A stretch of DNA of 64,000 nucleotides from Camelus dromedarius (GCF_036321535.1 NC_087447.1:32242001-32306000), one strand, 5' to 3'. Shown: positions 1 to 12,906, numbered from the stretch's first letter. The notes: generated from the sequence alone by a model not told the origin. Made by a program: numbers and translations.

Positions 1-64
1 AAATTTTTGTTGGATTAATTTGATGCAGTGGTTCTCAAAGTATGGTCCAAGAACCCCTGGAAGT

Positions 65-442
65 CGTGGTGTGCTGGAGCACCTTCTGTCATCTCATAAA
101 TATCAACTTTTGAGAATTTTATGAGCCCGTTGTTAAATATGATCATTATTAAAAATTAAATTATAAAAACATACAATTAAATTGTATAAAAATAAAGGTA
201 ATAAAGACTCCAGACCCATTATTTCCTAAACATTTTACCGCATGTCACTATTTGTAGTCTGTCTATTGTATTTATATGTAGAGATATTATATAACGGTAT
301 GCTCCTGTGCGTTTCTTCCCAACTCTGCATTACCAGCCATGCTGGGAATATTTACACCAGGGTAACTGGCAAACGCTACACATTGGGCATTTCTTTCCTC
401 CTTGACGAGTTGGTTATCAAAATATTTACCAGCACACTCACT
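65..442 (+). mobile_element. hAT-Blackjack MER63-like element
   Basis: Ends GTGGTGTGCTGG ... CCAGCACAC; internal sequence resembles MER63 as recalled. Confidence 0.7.
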
Positions 443-664
443 TCCTGAGCGTTCTCAAGACGCTTTCAGGTGGTCCACCAAATCCTCTTAATGCAAGAGG
501 CCAGATTTTCTACATACAGTTAACCAAAACAAATGTTAAAACACACTGAATGCAGAAGCAGATATGAGATTCCAACTGCAAGCTAGATATTAAAGAAATT
601 TTTTAAAAATGTAAAACTGTGCCCTTCTCACTATTTTTTTCATAAAAATGTGTTATTTGTGTTA

Positions 665-1044
665 TGCTAAAGTCAAGACAACGAGCCCCAAATGGGGTTG
701 CTTATGCTGAGCCCCTCTTCACCAAGTCAAGACTTAACCCCAGTTTCAGCTCTCCCAAAAAATGAAATGTTAAACCAGTCAGGAATCGCCTGATCAGCAT
801 CAGCTGGGTAATCCGCCTGATAGACCCCTGTCATCCCTCACAGGGAAAGTAACCTTGCAATAACCAATCTACTTTTTTTCCTGGTACAACTGCCTTATTC
901 CTGCTCACTTCCACCTGTAAAGTCCCTGCCTTGTACAGCTCTTCAGAGCTCTTCTCTCTGCTAGATTGGATGCTGTCTGATTTATGAATCACTGAATAAA
1001 GCCAATAAGACAATTTACTCCGTTGACTTTTCTGGTTTTAAACA
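665..1044 (+). mobile_element. ERV1-class solo LTR (MER34-like), 380 bp
   Basis: TG...CA termini, perfect 4-bp TSD GTTA (661-664, 1045-1048), AATAAA near 3' end. Confidence 0.85.
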
Positions 1045-1929
1045 GTTAATGTAATGATGTAATCCTTTCTTTTCTATACTGAATGGGTTCATTGATACTT
1101 AGTTTTAGATTCTAATATAAATATTGAGAGATATGTTACAAAAGCAAAAGATCTTTGGGGGGGCTTCAAACAATTTTTAGGAATGTGAAGGGGCTTGAGA
1201 TCAAAATTTTGAGAATCACTGATTTAATAGTGTAGTAAATCCCATATGGTGCTTTTTGACTTAGTGTAATCAAACTGGAAAAACAGGCCTATATTCCTAG
1301 GACTTTGTGACCTTGATAAATTAATTCTTGACCTTTTCAAATCTTTATTTCGCCATTTGCAAAAAGACTGTGCTAGCCAAGATGATCTCAATGAACCTTT
1401 TTTTAGCTCTTAGATTCTGTAACTAGGAGAATTATAAATGACTTTTGCTCCTAGTTTGAAGGCAGTAGAAATATTTTCGCTTTGTCATCTTTTTTTATAC
1501 TGCCAACCCACATCATCAGTCTTTAACCATCTTTTCCACCTAAGCTCCTGTCCCCAAAAGGATTTAACATTCGATTACATCACTATAATTACAGAAGTCA
1601 CTACTTCCAGTGTCAAAAACTCAGAGCGGTCTTGGACTAAACAATATGTCATATACAAACATAAAAACGCAGGGCAGAACAACAAAATGCCACGGTTTAG
1701 TGTCGCTCGATCCATCAGGTGGAAAATGAAATGCCTAATGCAGGCTCTGTGACCAAATTTAATACAGCAAATTATTGCACAGCTTTGCATCTCCCCAAAG
1801 CAGCAGAGTAATTAAAAAAAAAAACACACGTGATGCCTAAGTATTTTCTCTTTTCTGTGCAAGTACCACAAATTAGTATCTGCTTGCCATCCTTAAAAAT
1901 GCATGAGTTATCCCTCTTAATTACAGGCA

Positions 1930-2800
1930 AGTCCGCGTAGGCTTTGCCTCCGAAGTCACTGCGGCAAAATGCAAATGATGTATGAAATAAAAGGCCCTCG
2001 CCAAGTGCGCCAAGACAGCAGCCTTCACTTTCATAACACATCTGCGTCTCCTTTCCTCTCGCACACCCGCAGCCAGAGCGAGATGTGAAACCGCATCCCA
2101 GGCTGGTGGGGATTCAATTTCCAGATCCCCTCCCGACTCCAAACAAACAAGCAGAAAAAGCAAGCCCGCGGGGGGCGGAGCCGCACCGTGGACCAGAAGG
2201 GTCAAGGGCGCGCGGGGGTGAGCCGGCTCTGTCGGGACGCCCGCCTCCCATCGCGGGTCATGGGTGGATCTGCGCTCCCCCGAGGCCTGGCCCGGGAGGG
2301 GGCCAAGGCATCAGAGCTGCGCTAAAATGGCTGCCGGCATCGCCGCTGCCGGCATCGCCGCTGCCGGGAGGAGGGACGCTCACTGCCAAGGGCAGGCTGC
2401 CCTCCCCAGGCGGCCCGGAGCGCCCCGGGCCCGCGCGCCCGCCTCTCAGCGGCAGGAGAGACGCAGCCAAGACGCTCCGCATTTGGTGCACCTCCCAAGG
2501 CAAAGGCGAGGCGACCCACGCCTTCCTTTAACTCTGCAGAAGGTCACCGCCGCACCTCCCTCCCCCGCGCGGCACGTGCGGAGAGCCATCGCCATGGCAA
2601 CCTTCTTTTCTCCCCTCTCTCGTTATTGAACAGCTGAGACCCTGAGCGTCCCTGAACTTGTTACTGCGCAAGTTAATGCAGTCTTCCGAGGGCTTCGTTT
2701 CCCACCTATTGTTTTTGCGCAACTGATGGCTTCCTGAGGCTAGAAAAAACCCTACCCGTGTGTTTCAAATGTTCTCGCCACTCCCGGGCCAAACGTGTGG
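1930..2800. promoter_or_regulatory. Orphan CpG island with promoter-like motifs
   Basis: Sharp GC/CpG-rich block in AT-rich surroundings; octamer ATGCAAAT 1969-1976, GC box GGGGGCGGAGC 2171-2181, YY1-like AAAATGGCTGC 2324-2334, CACGTG 2573-2578, X-box-like ATCGCCATGGCAAC 2588-2601, TTGCGCAA 2715-2722. Confidence 0.8.
2330..2367 (+). repeat. 15-bp tandem repeat GCTGCCGGCATCGCC, 2.5 copies
   Basis: Two perfect copies plus GCTGCCGG. Confidence 0.9.
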
Positions 2801-3139
2801 GTGAATCACACCATTCTCTTCCAAGGAAGCCCCACAGAATTACTGGAAGGAGCCGGATTCAACTTCAGTCCCAATTTACTGACACTAATCTTGGAACCGT
2901 TTTAACGTCTGGAGGCCTTTCAAGAGATATACATTATTAATAATTATATATAATCACTATAAGCCATATTAAATATTATATATTATTAATTACAGGACAA
3001 CCTTTTCTCCCTCTCCCACCTATAATTAATGTTTGAAAGTACGGTAGTTTTCTCTAGTTACGACCTATCAGACTGCCCAGTGACATGGCCTTCCGGAAAG
3101 GGAATTGGTAAACAGTATTTCTTTTAATTGTGAGTAATT

Positions 3140-3720
3140 GAAAGTAATGACGCCAAAGGACAAAATTGTATGCTCAGTAATCAAAGAGTGCAAATTAAAA
3201 TAGAAAAGGTATGCTATTTAGTAAGAATTTTTTGTTTGTTTGTTTGTTTTTAATAGCCATTGTTGACGAGGGAGTGGCAAAACCCTCATATATGGCTGAT
3301 GATACAGTAAGTTGATACAATCTTCCCGGAGGCAAATTTTTCATGAAATAATTATAGATGTGAACAAAATACTGCTACAAGATGCTCATGGCAGAAAATG
3401 TTGATAATGTATTTTTTTAATCCAGCTAAATGTACACAGAGGATTGGATTTTAAAAATCAATACAATAAGATATTGTGTTTTCTTTTAAAAATAAAAGGA
3501 GTGACTACATAATTCCTTGAAAGATTTTTAATGATTTATTGCTAAATGAAAAGTAGATATTAAGTAGTAATTAATTTGATTCTATTTCATTTAAATGTAT
3601 TTAATAAGGAAAATGTTAAAAACGGTTATTTCTCGGTGATGGAATTGCAGGTGACTTTATCTTGTTCCCTGCTCTTTGACAGTGACAAGCATTATTTTCT
3701 ATTATTATACGTAACAACAG
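3140..3720 (+). mobile_element. Ancient L1 (L1ME-like) 3' fragment
   Basis: Degenerate L1 ORF2-end/3' UTR sequence; a similar fragment lies at about 4430-4860. Confidence 0.55.
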
Positions 3721-5044
3721 AAAAACCCCAAAATGTTTTGCCTGATGTGTTTTATAGATAACTAAATATAAATATTTATAATAATATAATTATATCTTAT
3801 TTACACCTAGGTTACAATTTAACATATTTACCTCAAAGGAAAGTGAAGATTTTAAGAGAGAAAAGAGCTCTGGATCACTCCAGTCACTTGGTTTTTCCCC
3901 TCAGATATCCAAGTACTGGCATTTGGGTTGGAAAGGAAATATTTCTTTAGTTCTTTACGTTCTACCAAAGGAAACAAAAATGAGTTTCCACTGAGAGCAT
4001 AATGACATTAAAGAATACTCAAGAACATTTTAATGTCATGCATCTTCATTAAGGATTCAGACTTTCATTTTGTTCTTGTTCTCTGGCTCTAGAATTGCAT
4101 ATTGAAAAGCAGTTTTGTTGGTTTAAAATGGAATTTCATGAGTGATGATGAGGGGCCTGGCTCCCACACCAGAATGTGCTCAAAAAAGACTCCTTCAAAA
4201 CAGCCTTCTCTGTGGTCCCAGGAGCCAGGCCACAGAACAGCAGCGAAGGGCCTGTCCTCTCATTCACATGCGATGACTTGATCTTTTATGGAAACTGCTC
4301 TCTTCTCACCCTGGGGAGAATAAATCTGGTGTTTGTCAAGCAACTTGTGAGAAGCCCCGCAGAAGTACACTCAAGGCACCTCATTTCTGAGGAAGAACCC
4401 AGGCCTGACCAACGATTGCAAAGAAACTGAGCCCTTTTAAGGCTTGAGAATTGCCCCTTGTAAATTATCCTGAGGAAAATAAATCATAGGCTGGGCAAAG
4501 ATATAGTTATCAGAATGTTTGTTATTATACTATCTTATAACAGTAAAATTTTAGACTCCACATAAATGTCCAAGAGCTAAAGAAATTACATACAGCTGGA
4601 TGATACAACTGTATGTTGCCATTAAGACTGAGGACAGAGAATAATATTCAGTGAGGCAGCAAAGTGCTCACAGTGTAGGGTTAAGTGAAAAGAAAGGCAC
4701 ATTAAATATAGAATGTGCAATGTGACCTCGTTCTTATAAAATATTTCATGTTACACACAATATTTAATGCATTACATACATAACTGAAAGTGTAAGCTCC
4801 AAAATTATGGGTTGCCAGTTATTTTTATTTTAACATCTTTCATAAATCCATTCATAATAAGCTATTCAAGGTTAAGGGATTATTTTTAAAGTATTAATGG
4901 GAAAAAATATGTTTTTATTAGAAGCTGGGGAAGGGTATTATAGCCTCTGATGACTTTTCAGATATGCATTTGCAGGTGCCTGGAAACACTTCCACAGCAT
5001 ACATTTTATTAGCTCAGCAATTAGAGGATGATACACCGCCCGGG

Positions 5045-5457
5045 TCACATCACCCACCTCACATATCCGTTCCTCTGGACTAAAGTTCTCAGACCCTGTC
5101 TCTCCAACCTAATTGTTAGAGCAGTTAAGACACCATTCGACTGACGACATCTGTTTGCACCATTGAAAAGATGAAGTTGAGCTAAAGGTCGCTGAGTAAG
5201 CACGTTCTGTGCACGCTCAGAGTGCATTCGTGCTCTGGATTCTAGTCTGATTTTCCATAAACCTCTCTTTTATAAACAGAGAAACAAACGGTTGGCCACA
5301 TGACTCTCTAATGGACAGTCCATAAGCGCTATCCCCTCAGGGTACAGGGCTAAGCTTTTCAGGCTTGAGAAGTGTTTATTGCCTGGTCCCTGCCCAACCA
5401 GTGGCACATCAAGTCCCTGCCCTGCCTTTCCCACTCCTGAGCTCAGCCACAGCGAGA
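5045..5457 (-). pseudogene. Terminal pseudo-exon: SRCG*..(frameshift)..GLDVPLVGQGPGNKHFSSLKSLALYPEGIALMDCPLESHVANRLFLCL*KRGLWKIRLESRARMHSERAQNVLTQRPLAQLHLF...RWVM*
   Basis: ttgtag| acceptor; ORFs 5270..5527 and 5045..5227 are the same frame separated by one TAA; AATAAA about 35 nt after the final stop. Confidence 0.45.
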
Positions 5458-5479
5458 CTACAACAGCCAACCCAAATGG

Positions 5480-5700
5480 AGTCTTATTACCCCCTGGACA
5501 TTGTCCTAGTTCTCCTAGCAAACCCATGGGCTAAATATTACTCTAAGAGTTCTCTTCCCATTTTACAGATGAAGAAACTAAGGCACAGAGAGGGTAACTA
5601 ATCTCATCTTCCACAGCTCCCATCATCTGTGGTTAATGAGCATTAGGATGTAAACCCAGGAAGCCTGGCTCCAGCTCTTAACTGTTAAACCACCACCCGA
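5480..5700 (-). mobile_element. MIR SINE
   Basis: MIR core cccattttacagatgaagaaactaaggcacagagagg. Confidence 0.75.
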
Positions 5701-6147
5701 ACAACGAATAGAATGCGCCAAATGTCATTAGCTTCAGTGACTCTCTGCCTTTGTCTCACTTCTTCTCTCTGTGCAGATGGCCTCTCCACTTAGCCAAACT
5801 CTAACCCTTCTTTCACAACACAGATGTAGTGTATCGCCTCTGAAAACTTTTCCTCAATCATGTTAGGCAGACTTAAGGATTTTCCTCTATGCTCCCATAT
5901 GTACCTCATTTATGGTGCTAATCACATTGCCGTAAGGCATGCTTGTTTAGCTGCTTCCCCCATTAATCTGGGAGCCCTTCAAAGTCAGGATTCCAATATC
6001 TGTTACTCTTTATGCTGCCAGTGTTGCTCTTTATTCTCCCCTAACGTATCTGACATGGAGGTTCTTAATAATTGATCTACGTATGAATGATGACCAAGAA
6101 TACCATATAGTTCTGCCTGCCCAACTGTGTGGTCTTCAGTGTCTCAC

Positions 6148-6290
6148 CATGACAGCCACCGTCCCTCCACTAGAGTAGGTGCTGTGTAGGTGAACACTGG
6201 CTAGTAGCCAGAAGACCGGTGCAACGTCAGCTTGGCTCCTAAAGTACAGTTTTTGTCTTGCTGGGGCTTCATGTTCACTGTGGATCTATC
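6148..6290 (-). pseudogene. Pseudo-exon: G*IHSEHEAPARQKLYFRSQADVAPVFWLLASVHLHSTYSSGGTVAVM
   Basis: ttctcccttcccctccctaag| acceptor, ATG|gtgaga donor, 143 nt, one stop. Confidence 0.45.
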
Positions 6291-6460
6291 CTTAGGGAGG
6301 GAAGGGAGAACGTTAGGAGGACCTATTCAAATATTATCAGATTTTCATTCTGATACTTTTCAGCTAGTATATTAGGAAAGAGGACCCCAATAGTGTGGGA
6401 CAGAGGATGGCTAAGTGATAAAGGGCTTAGGGCTCAGCATGTGGCCACAAGGGAGCTCAC

Positions 6461-6646
6461 CTTGGTGAGACTCTGCACTTGGCCATCTGAAGACATCACC
6501 AGATCTTTCTGCTTTGGGCAGCTCCCTCTTCCCTTCCTCACAAGCTGCACCAACACAGGCATGAAACTCATGGTTTATCAATGTTAACGTTCGTGAATAA
6601 TGAAAGATTATTCTTGCTGATTTCAGTCAGGCCACTAGTGGGATTG
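6461..6646 (-). pseudogene. Pseudo-exon: IPLVA*LKSARIIFHYSRTLTLINHEFHACVGAACEEGKRELPKAERSGDVFRWPSAESHQ
   Basis: ttttttctacatcaag| acceptor, AAG|gtgagc donor, 186 nt, one stop. Confidence 0.45.
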
Positions 6647-7729
6647 CTTGATGTAGAAAAAAGTAACCAATATTTATGCATTAAAATCGAAGCATAATGA
6701 ATATTTAACTTGACATATTTCAGTTTGCATCATTACTATTTGCATCATCTTAAAGTGGTGCCAGCATATTTTTTTAAAGCCATCTTAAATCTCTTTTGGA
6801 ACAAACCTGGGAATAAATAAATACATAAGCTGAAAATAAACATCACTTTAAGTTCTGATTTGAACTTTGCCTGGAGTTTCTAGGTTTATTTGGACCACAT
6901 TTCTCAGAGAATGTAGGATATCCTCACAGAAATCAAAAGATATGCTTTGAAAGAGAGGCTCAAAATCCCAGGAGCCTCTTCTCCACTCATGTGGAGAGAA
7001 ATAAAATTAATTTCACCCCCAAATATTTCCTACCTTCTAATCATACATATTGAGGTTTGGCTATTTAGACGTTCATTTGACCATCATGGAAAACTAGCTT
7101 ATGTTACAGTGCTATTGCATTTTTAACTAAGGGCTCTTTTTTGAAGTTTTGCAAAGTTCTCATAGATATCTAGTGACTCCTTGTGGAGTTTTCTTTCTAC
7201 ATGTAGCAAGTCACTAAAAAGTTCAGAAATCATAGAATTTCAGAATCGAAGTTGTCGTATAAGTATTTAATGCTAACTTCCACCCAGTTGGGAATCGATT
7301 TTGCAAAAACCATGGAAGAGGGTTGAAAATATCTGATGACAAAGAGGCATCTTTTGGATTGCTGCCTCTTCTCTTCTTCTCCAGTGGTAAAATAGCTTTG
7401 CAGACAATGTGGCAGTTTTCCTGGGGTTTTGCCACAGAAGTGCCCATTTCAAAAGGACCAGAATGAAGCCAAAAAAAAGGGGGGGGGGAGGAAAAGAAGG
7501 GAATTTCATACTGTCAGAGTCTATGATGCCCATTGTGATTCTATGGAGGAATTAGATTCTCAAGGTGGTTGGTCTTAGTCGGTGGCCAAGTAATCAATGT
7601 TCCAAGTACAACGAGATGTCTCTAAAATCCTCCACCCCCACATCCTCCCGATATTCCTCTTACTCTGAAATTTCGTCATTACCATATGTTTTGGGTATTT
7701 TATTAATATCCAACAATCTTGGTTGTAGG

Positions 7730-8335
7730 CATTAGTCATTTGGATCTCAGTACCTAGTCTCCTACCCGATAGCACTCTATTTGTCTTTTGGGGAACAACT
7801 TTCTCCCACATCGTGTATAGTCTATGTGGGGGGGTAAAACTGGTTGCCCTCTTCTTACTCTCAAAGGCTTGGTACAGCCAGGTGGTTGTTACAGCTGACT
7901 AGACAGTTCCTCCGAGACGCTGAATTCTGGGCAACGTAATTAAGACCCTGAGAAGCCCGTCTGAGACTGTCATGGCTGCAGTGGTGCCCTGCCACACTCC
8001 TCCAGCTCTGAGGCCATCTCTGCACCCTGCAGAGTTTTCTTGGATCTTGGCTAGCTCCAAGCCCAGTTCCATCATTTCATGGCATTCTTAATATATTTTT
8101 AATATGGCTTCCTTTTTTTTTTTTTTTTTAAAGTAAGCCAGATTCTAAAATTGACTGTAGTGATAGTTGCACTAATCTGTGAATATCCTCAAACAAACAA
8201 AAACATTGAATCATGCACTTTAAGCAGGTAAATTATTGCATACATAAGTTATATTTCAGTAAAGCTCTTCTCCCCTAAAAAAAGTCAACCAGAGTTGGTT
8301 TCCATAGCTCCATAACAAGATCTGACTGATACAAT
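7730..8335 (+). mobile_element. Old ERVL-class LTR (LTR16/LTR33-like) interrupted by an L1 fragment
   Basis: 3' end ccagagttggtttcc...ctgactgataca; split at 8143-8280. Confidence 0.5.
8143..8280 (+). mobile_element. 5'-truncated old L1 3' end (L1MB-like)
   Basis: L1 3' UTR tail with 13-bp TSD aaagtaagccaga (8130-8142) / aaagtcaaccaga (8281-8293). Confidence 0.7.
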
Positions 8336-9809
8336 CTTCCTGTCAGAATGCAAATATCTAAGTGTAAAAGATTACACATTCTTGAATCTCTTTAATAGTG
8401 AATTTACCAAGAAAAAGAAATAGGGCACTAGTTTTTAATGAGGGTTGAACAAGGCTGGCAAATACGGTGCTATTCTGAGGGGGCCAGGCAATAATGAGGA
8501 ATCACATGGGAGAGGTTTTGGATGCCCAGACTAGCACAAGGGCATTGAATGATGGGCTGTTGGTGTCAAAGGTGTGGACAAGTGTTGTGGTAGTCTGTGA
8601 GGGGAGGTAAGTTTTGCTGTTATTGGTCCTAAATCCATATTTATCTGAAGTCATGTACCGAGTGCCACGTTGATTACTCCTCCCCTGAAAAGCCTTTATT
8701 ACCCACCCCATTATTTCTAATAACAAGTGTAGTATTTAAAGGTAAAGGGCACACATGTGAAAAACACATAATTAGCAATTCATGCACATTACAAACCCTG
8801 CAGTAAAATCTTTCTGTGTTTTATTTTATTTACAACTCATAACAAGTCTGTATTTCTACCAACAACAACTTGGTGGTTTTTCTCAAGGTGACAGGGCCAG
8901 GAAGTAAGGGAGGTGAAATGCAAACTGAGGCCCATCTGATTCCAAAGGACGCGCTCTCTCCTCGTGTCCCCCGTAAGCTTGCTCTTTCAGCCTTCTGAGG
9001 TGAGCCCTCAGCCGTCACTGAGGGCGAGAAGAACTAGACAACTATGTACATATATATAAATTCCAACCCATAGAATATTAATTTTCAATGAAGTGACGTG
9101 GTGAGGGATATTTTGTACTTTTTCACACACACACCCCCCCCAAGACCCCCCCCCCCAGTTTCTAGGAATATAAGATTCATGTAATTTGTCCTTTGCTTAC
9201 CGCTTAGCCTCATTTCTTCTTCCCTGCATCTGGTACACTCCATACGCCATGAATTATTTACATGCCATGCTTACTGTAGTTTACAGATACTTTCCTCTCT
9301 GCCCCAAATACCCTTTCTCAGCTGCCTCCATTTTTGCTTACTCATTTCAAGGAAAATGACTCAGTTCATTTTCCCTTAGCTAGCCCCTCACAGCAGATGA
9401 ACTCAACACTTCCTACCTACTACAGATTTCTGAAGTATCCCGTGTGCCCCTCTCACACGGGACGTTTTAGTCTGTGTTATGTTGGTGACCCACCTCTTTC
9501 CTCCATTAAAGGGCACATTACTTGAGTCTAGAAACTGCATCTATTTGTCTTTAAACTTCAGTCCCCACCCAGTGCCCGGAATATATTAAGTACCGAATAA
9601 ATGCCTGTTGTTGAATTAAATAACCAATCATTCAGTAGTTCGAAAAATTAAAATTTTTTTTCCCCAAAGTCTAATAAACTCCATTTAGTGTATGATAGGA
9701 TATTCTGGTCAAGCAAGTAATCTGTGTAGGAGATTATCTGTTAGCATAAATGTTATCAAAGAACCGCCGTGTCATGAAATACATGAAAACCCCACTAAAC
9801 ATAACTTAC

Positions 9810-10026
9810 TGTTTCCTTGATGAAATAATTTTGGATATTATGATGGTTGGGGACATCCTTGGTCCCCACTGGTTGTCCTCAGTAGGCATACTCCAACATC
9901 ATTTAATAAAGAGATCTGGTCAGCAGGGTGTCAAATGCCAGGGAACTTATTATACAGTGTTGTCGCTTATTATATAGCGGTGGTGGTGTTGTAATTCCAA
10001 GAATTGATCCAACAGTATTTCTAAAC
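9810..10026 (-). pseudogene. Pseudo-exon: LFRNTVGSILGITTPPPLYNKRQHCIISSLAFDTLLTRSLY*MMLEYAY*GQPVGTKDVPNHHNIQNYFIKET
   Basis: tttttttccttag| acceptor, ACA|gtaagt donor, 217 nt, two stops in 72 codons. Confidence 0.5.
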
Positions 10027-12439
10027 CTAAGGAAAAAAATGCTTATTTTAGAAGAAACTGAAAGATTATACTCAGTAATTTTCTGGCCATCTGATATTGT
10101 CACCCTGATGCATTGACCTTGACAAGCATGTCACCAATCTTTAGGCTGTCCTAGGCAAAAGCTCATGCTTGGAGGATAAGCCAATGACCACCTGCCTATG
10201 TTTTCCCAATTTACTTATTCTATTTTTATCAACCAGGTCACAACTCTTACTTTGAGATCCTGACTTGATACCACATTTTGCCTCCTCCAGTTTTATAATC
10301 TTTCAGACTCTGTCCCTGGCATTTAGGAATTCAGTGATCAGAAAGGGTGTTGACCGGGTCCCTTTTTAAGTTTTAACACTGCCTGTTGCCTATGATGGGG
10401 ACTCTACCTCGGCTCCCTGTGGACATTTCTTTGTCTGGGCACACCCCTTCCCTGGCTTCCTCCAAGGACAGTGGAAAGATAGAGGGACTAGACAGGCAAA
10501 GTTTTGACGAGTTTGTTCTTCCTTTTTGCCGTCGTAAATATAGGCTTAGTCCTTTGTCACAGGAACCCAGTTGACTCTTCGCCAAAATTGAAAGGTAGAC
10601 AATTAACAGTGAGCTTTGCATGGGGAAGAACTGTGTTCCCAGCATTTCCTGAATCCTAATCCTTACTTTGACTATTTGTATGTGTACACAAACAAGACAG
10701 TTATCTTTTGTGTCTTAATGTCACTATCTGTAAAATTGATTATAAGAACAGCTATCTCCTAGAAAAGAATAGCTACCTAGATTAATTTGTTTATGAAGAG
10801 TTAGAATTAAAAAAAAAATCTCTGTGTACTAAAATTATGGTATTTATCCTATTTCATTTGGGGGAACACCAGGAAGTCTTGCTGGGATTTTAGTGCATCG
10901 TGTGCATGTGTTTAATGCCATGAAATACTTATATATTAAATTATGTCATAGGAACTGGACATAATTTTAGCAAAAATTATGACTCTATTATATATGTGCC
11001 ATAAAATCCCAACCATGGGTGTCCTGGGTCGGGAGTCAGGCTTGAAGACAAGCAGTCAAAGCAAGAGTTACTTTCCATTTCTCAGTTTGCCCTCATGCTT
11101 GTTCCTCAGTCATTCTGTTTTTAAAGACAAGCTGTGGAAAGTATCAAATGTGGAGAAATATACATGGAAGAAATTTTAAAATTTGAGCCAATGCTTGTCT
11201 CAGAGAATCATTGCTCACTTTGAAAGAGAACGCTCCAGTTGAGTTCACTGAGCTCCTAATTTCCATACCAGTGTAATTTCAGAACCACTGTGCTCACATC
11301 TCAAGACCAGCTTCGAAGGCAAAGTTCTCTCTCCTTTTTTCTTAACATGATCTGCAAGTTAAAATAAATGAGGATTGAGATACTAATATTTCCAAAGAGA
11401 ATAAACCCTGAGTTTAGCATAAATACATAAAATGTACATTTCTCATTCTTAAGAGTCTTTTAAATGTCGACATAGAACATTCACATTGCACTCATTCATG
11501 GAATCGGTGCCTAATTTGAACCATATTTTCTGTTAGAGAGATGATTTTATATGGAAAAGGAAATAACTCCCTTAGTCCCTCTGTGTATATTGAAAGAGAA
11601 ATCTGGAGCCATTATATAGTTATGCTTAAGTTTGAATTAAAAGATACCATGAAAATCCCAGGAGAGCTCAGCCCAAGGTGAGGATTTGATTTGAGCATAT
11701 TGAAAAAAGATTGGGTACCCAAATACCAGGTTTTAAGTATCTTTTCTTACTGAACTGTGTAATAAACATCCACATGAATGTAAAAACCAGCAACTTCCTT
11801 AATAATGGCCACATCTGTTTTCCAGTCAAACGTAAATCCCCTATCTCTAAATTTAGTGAATAATTCATTTTAGAGCTGGAAGAGAATTTAGTCCAATTCC
11901 CTCATTTACAGATGAGGAAATTTAGGCACAGGGAGACTCCTGCTTAATAACCTTTACTAACCCCTCCAGTCTCAGCCTAAGAGTAATTCTTTGGGGAAAC
12001 CTTCCTTGATTCCTGCCACCACCAAAAAATTAGGTCCCTCTATTTTATCCCATGAATTCCTCTGAATTTTTTTCTTCATAGTATTTAACATAATTTGCAA
12101 TTGTTCATCACGATATTTTGGTTAGGGTCTGTTGCCACATGTGAAAATTCATGAGGCTCCGTGACTGCTCACTGACTAGCACATGCCAGGACCATAGCGG
12201 GTGCCGAGTAAAATTTAATAAATAAATGCTCAAGCAACATGCGACGACATAAATGTATGTATTACTTCACTTATAAAGTGAGAGGCTAGACTAGAAGAGC
12301 TTTAAAATTTATACCAACTAAAAATACTTTATGAATGCTACAGTTAAGTCTGAGGTTCTCAGAAAAAGTGAAAAAGTAAAGGAATGGGTCAAATATCCCA
12401 AAATGCATTTGCCTCTTAAGACTCATAAGTTCAACTTAC

Positions 12440-12657
12440 AGTAAACACACCCCATTCAAACAGTGGAAAGTGTGCTGGGAGGTTCAGAGGGGAGACTTGG
12501 TCTATGTATGTGTGAGAGAATTCGCCTTAGTTGCAGTCACTGGTGAAACTTCATACCCTGGAGGCTTTAGGGTGAGCCAGTGTCTGATCCATGTAAATTA
12601 CAAGTCAGATACACAGAGCACTCGTGCGATGGGGGCAAGAAGTCTTGTGCGATTATA
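12440..12657 (-). pseudogene. Pseudo-exon: YNRTRLLAPIARVLCVSDL*FTWIRHWLTLKPPGYEVSPVTATKANSLTHT*TKSPL*TSQHTFHCLNGVCL
   Basis: ctgctccctcag| acceptor, ACT|gtaagt donor, 218 nt, three stops. Confidence 0.45.
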
Positions 12658-12906
12658 CTGAGGGAGCAGATGTAATGGCGTTTTGAGAAGGATACACATG
12701 TTCCCAGGAGGAACCATTTTGAAGCAAACTACTGAGTAGAGATTGAAAGTGAGACACAAATAAACACGACTTTCATCTTTGACTCCAGAGAAGCTTGATT
12801 TGTTAAGAGCATAGGAAAACAGAAGGATGTGATTCCCAGTGTCAGCACAGGCATTGAAGTAGAGTCATGGAAGAAAGAAAAGTGGACTTGTTTTAATCCA
12901 TTTTAC

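Larger units (their letters stand above)
26..1221 (+). mobile_element. hAT-Charlie DNA transposon (Charlie1-like), interrupted by two nested elements
   Basis: TIRs CAGTGGTTCTCAAA and TTTGAGAATCACTG; degraded 8-bp TSD atttgatg/atttaata. Confidence 0.75.

Noticed and set aside
2085..2629. CpG-island ORFs as a known gene such as FANCF, a neighbour of SLC17A6 in human
   Set aside because: No frame resembles FANCF or any protein I recognise; overlapping ORFs on both strands are expected in GC-rich DNA.
5480..5535. Minus-strand HGF...RG peptide as part of a KDZ catalytic motif
   Set aside because: Lies inside a MIR, so the resemblance is coincidental; the same applies to RYVRGE near 6030-6055 inside an L2 end.
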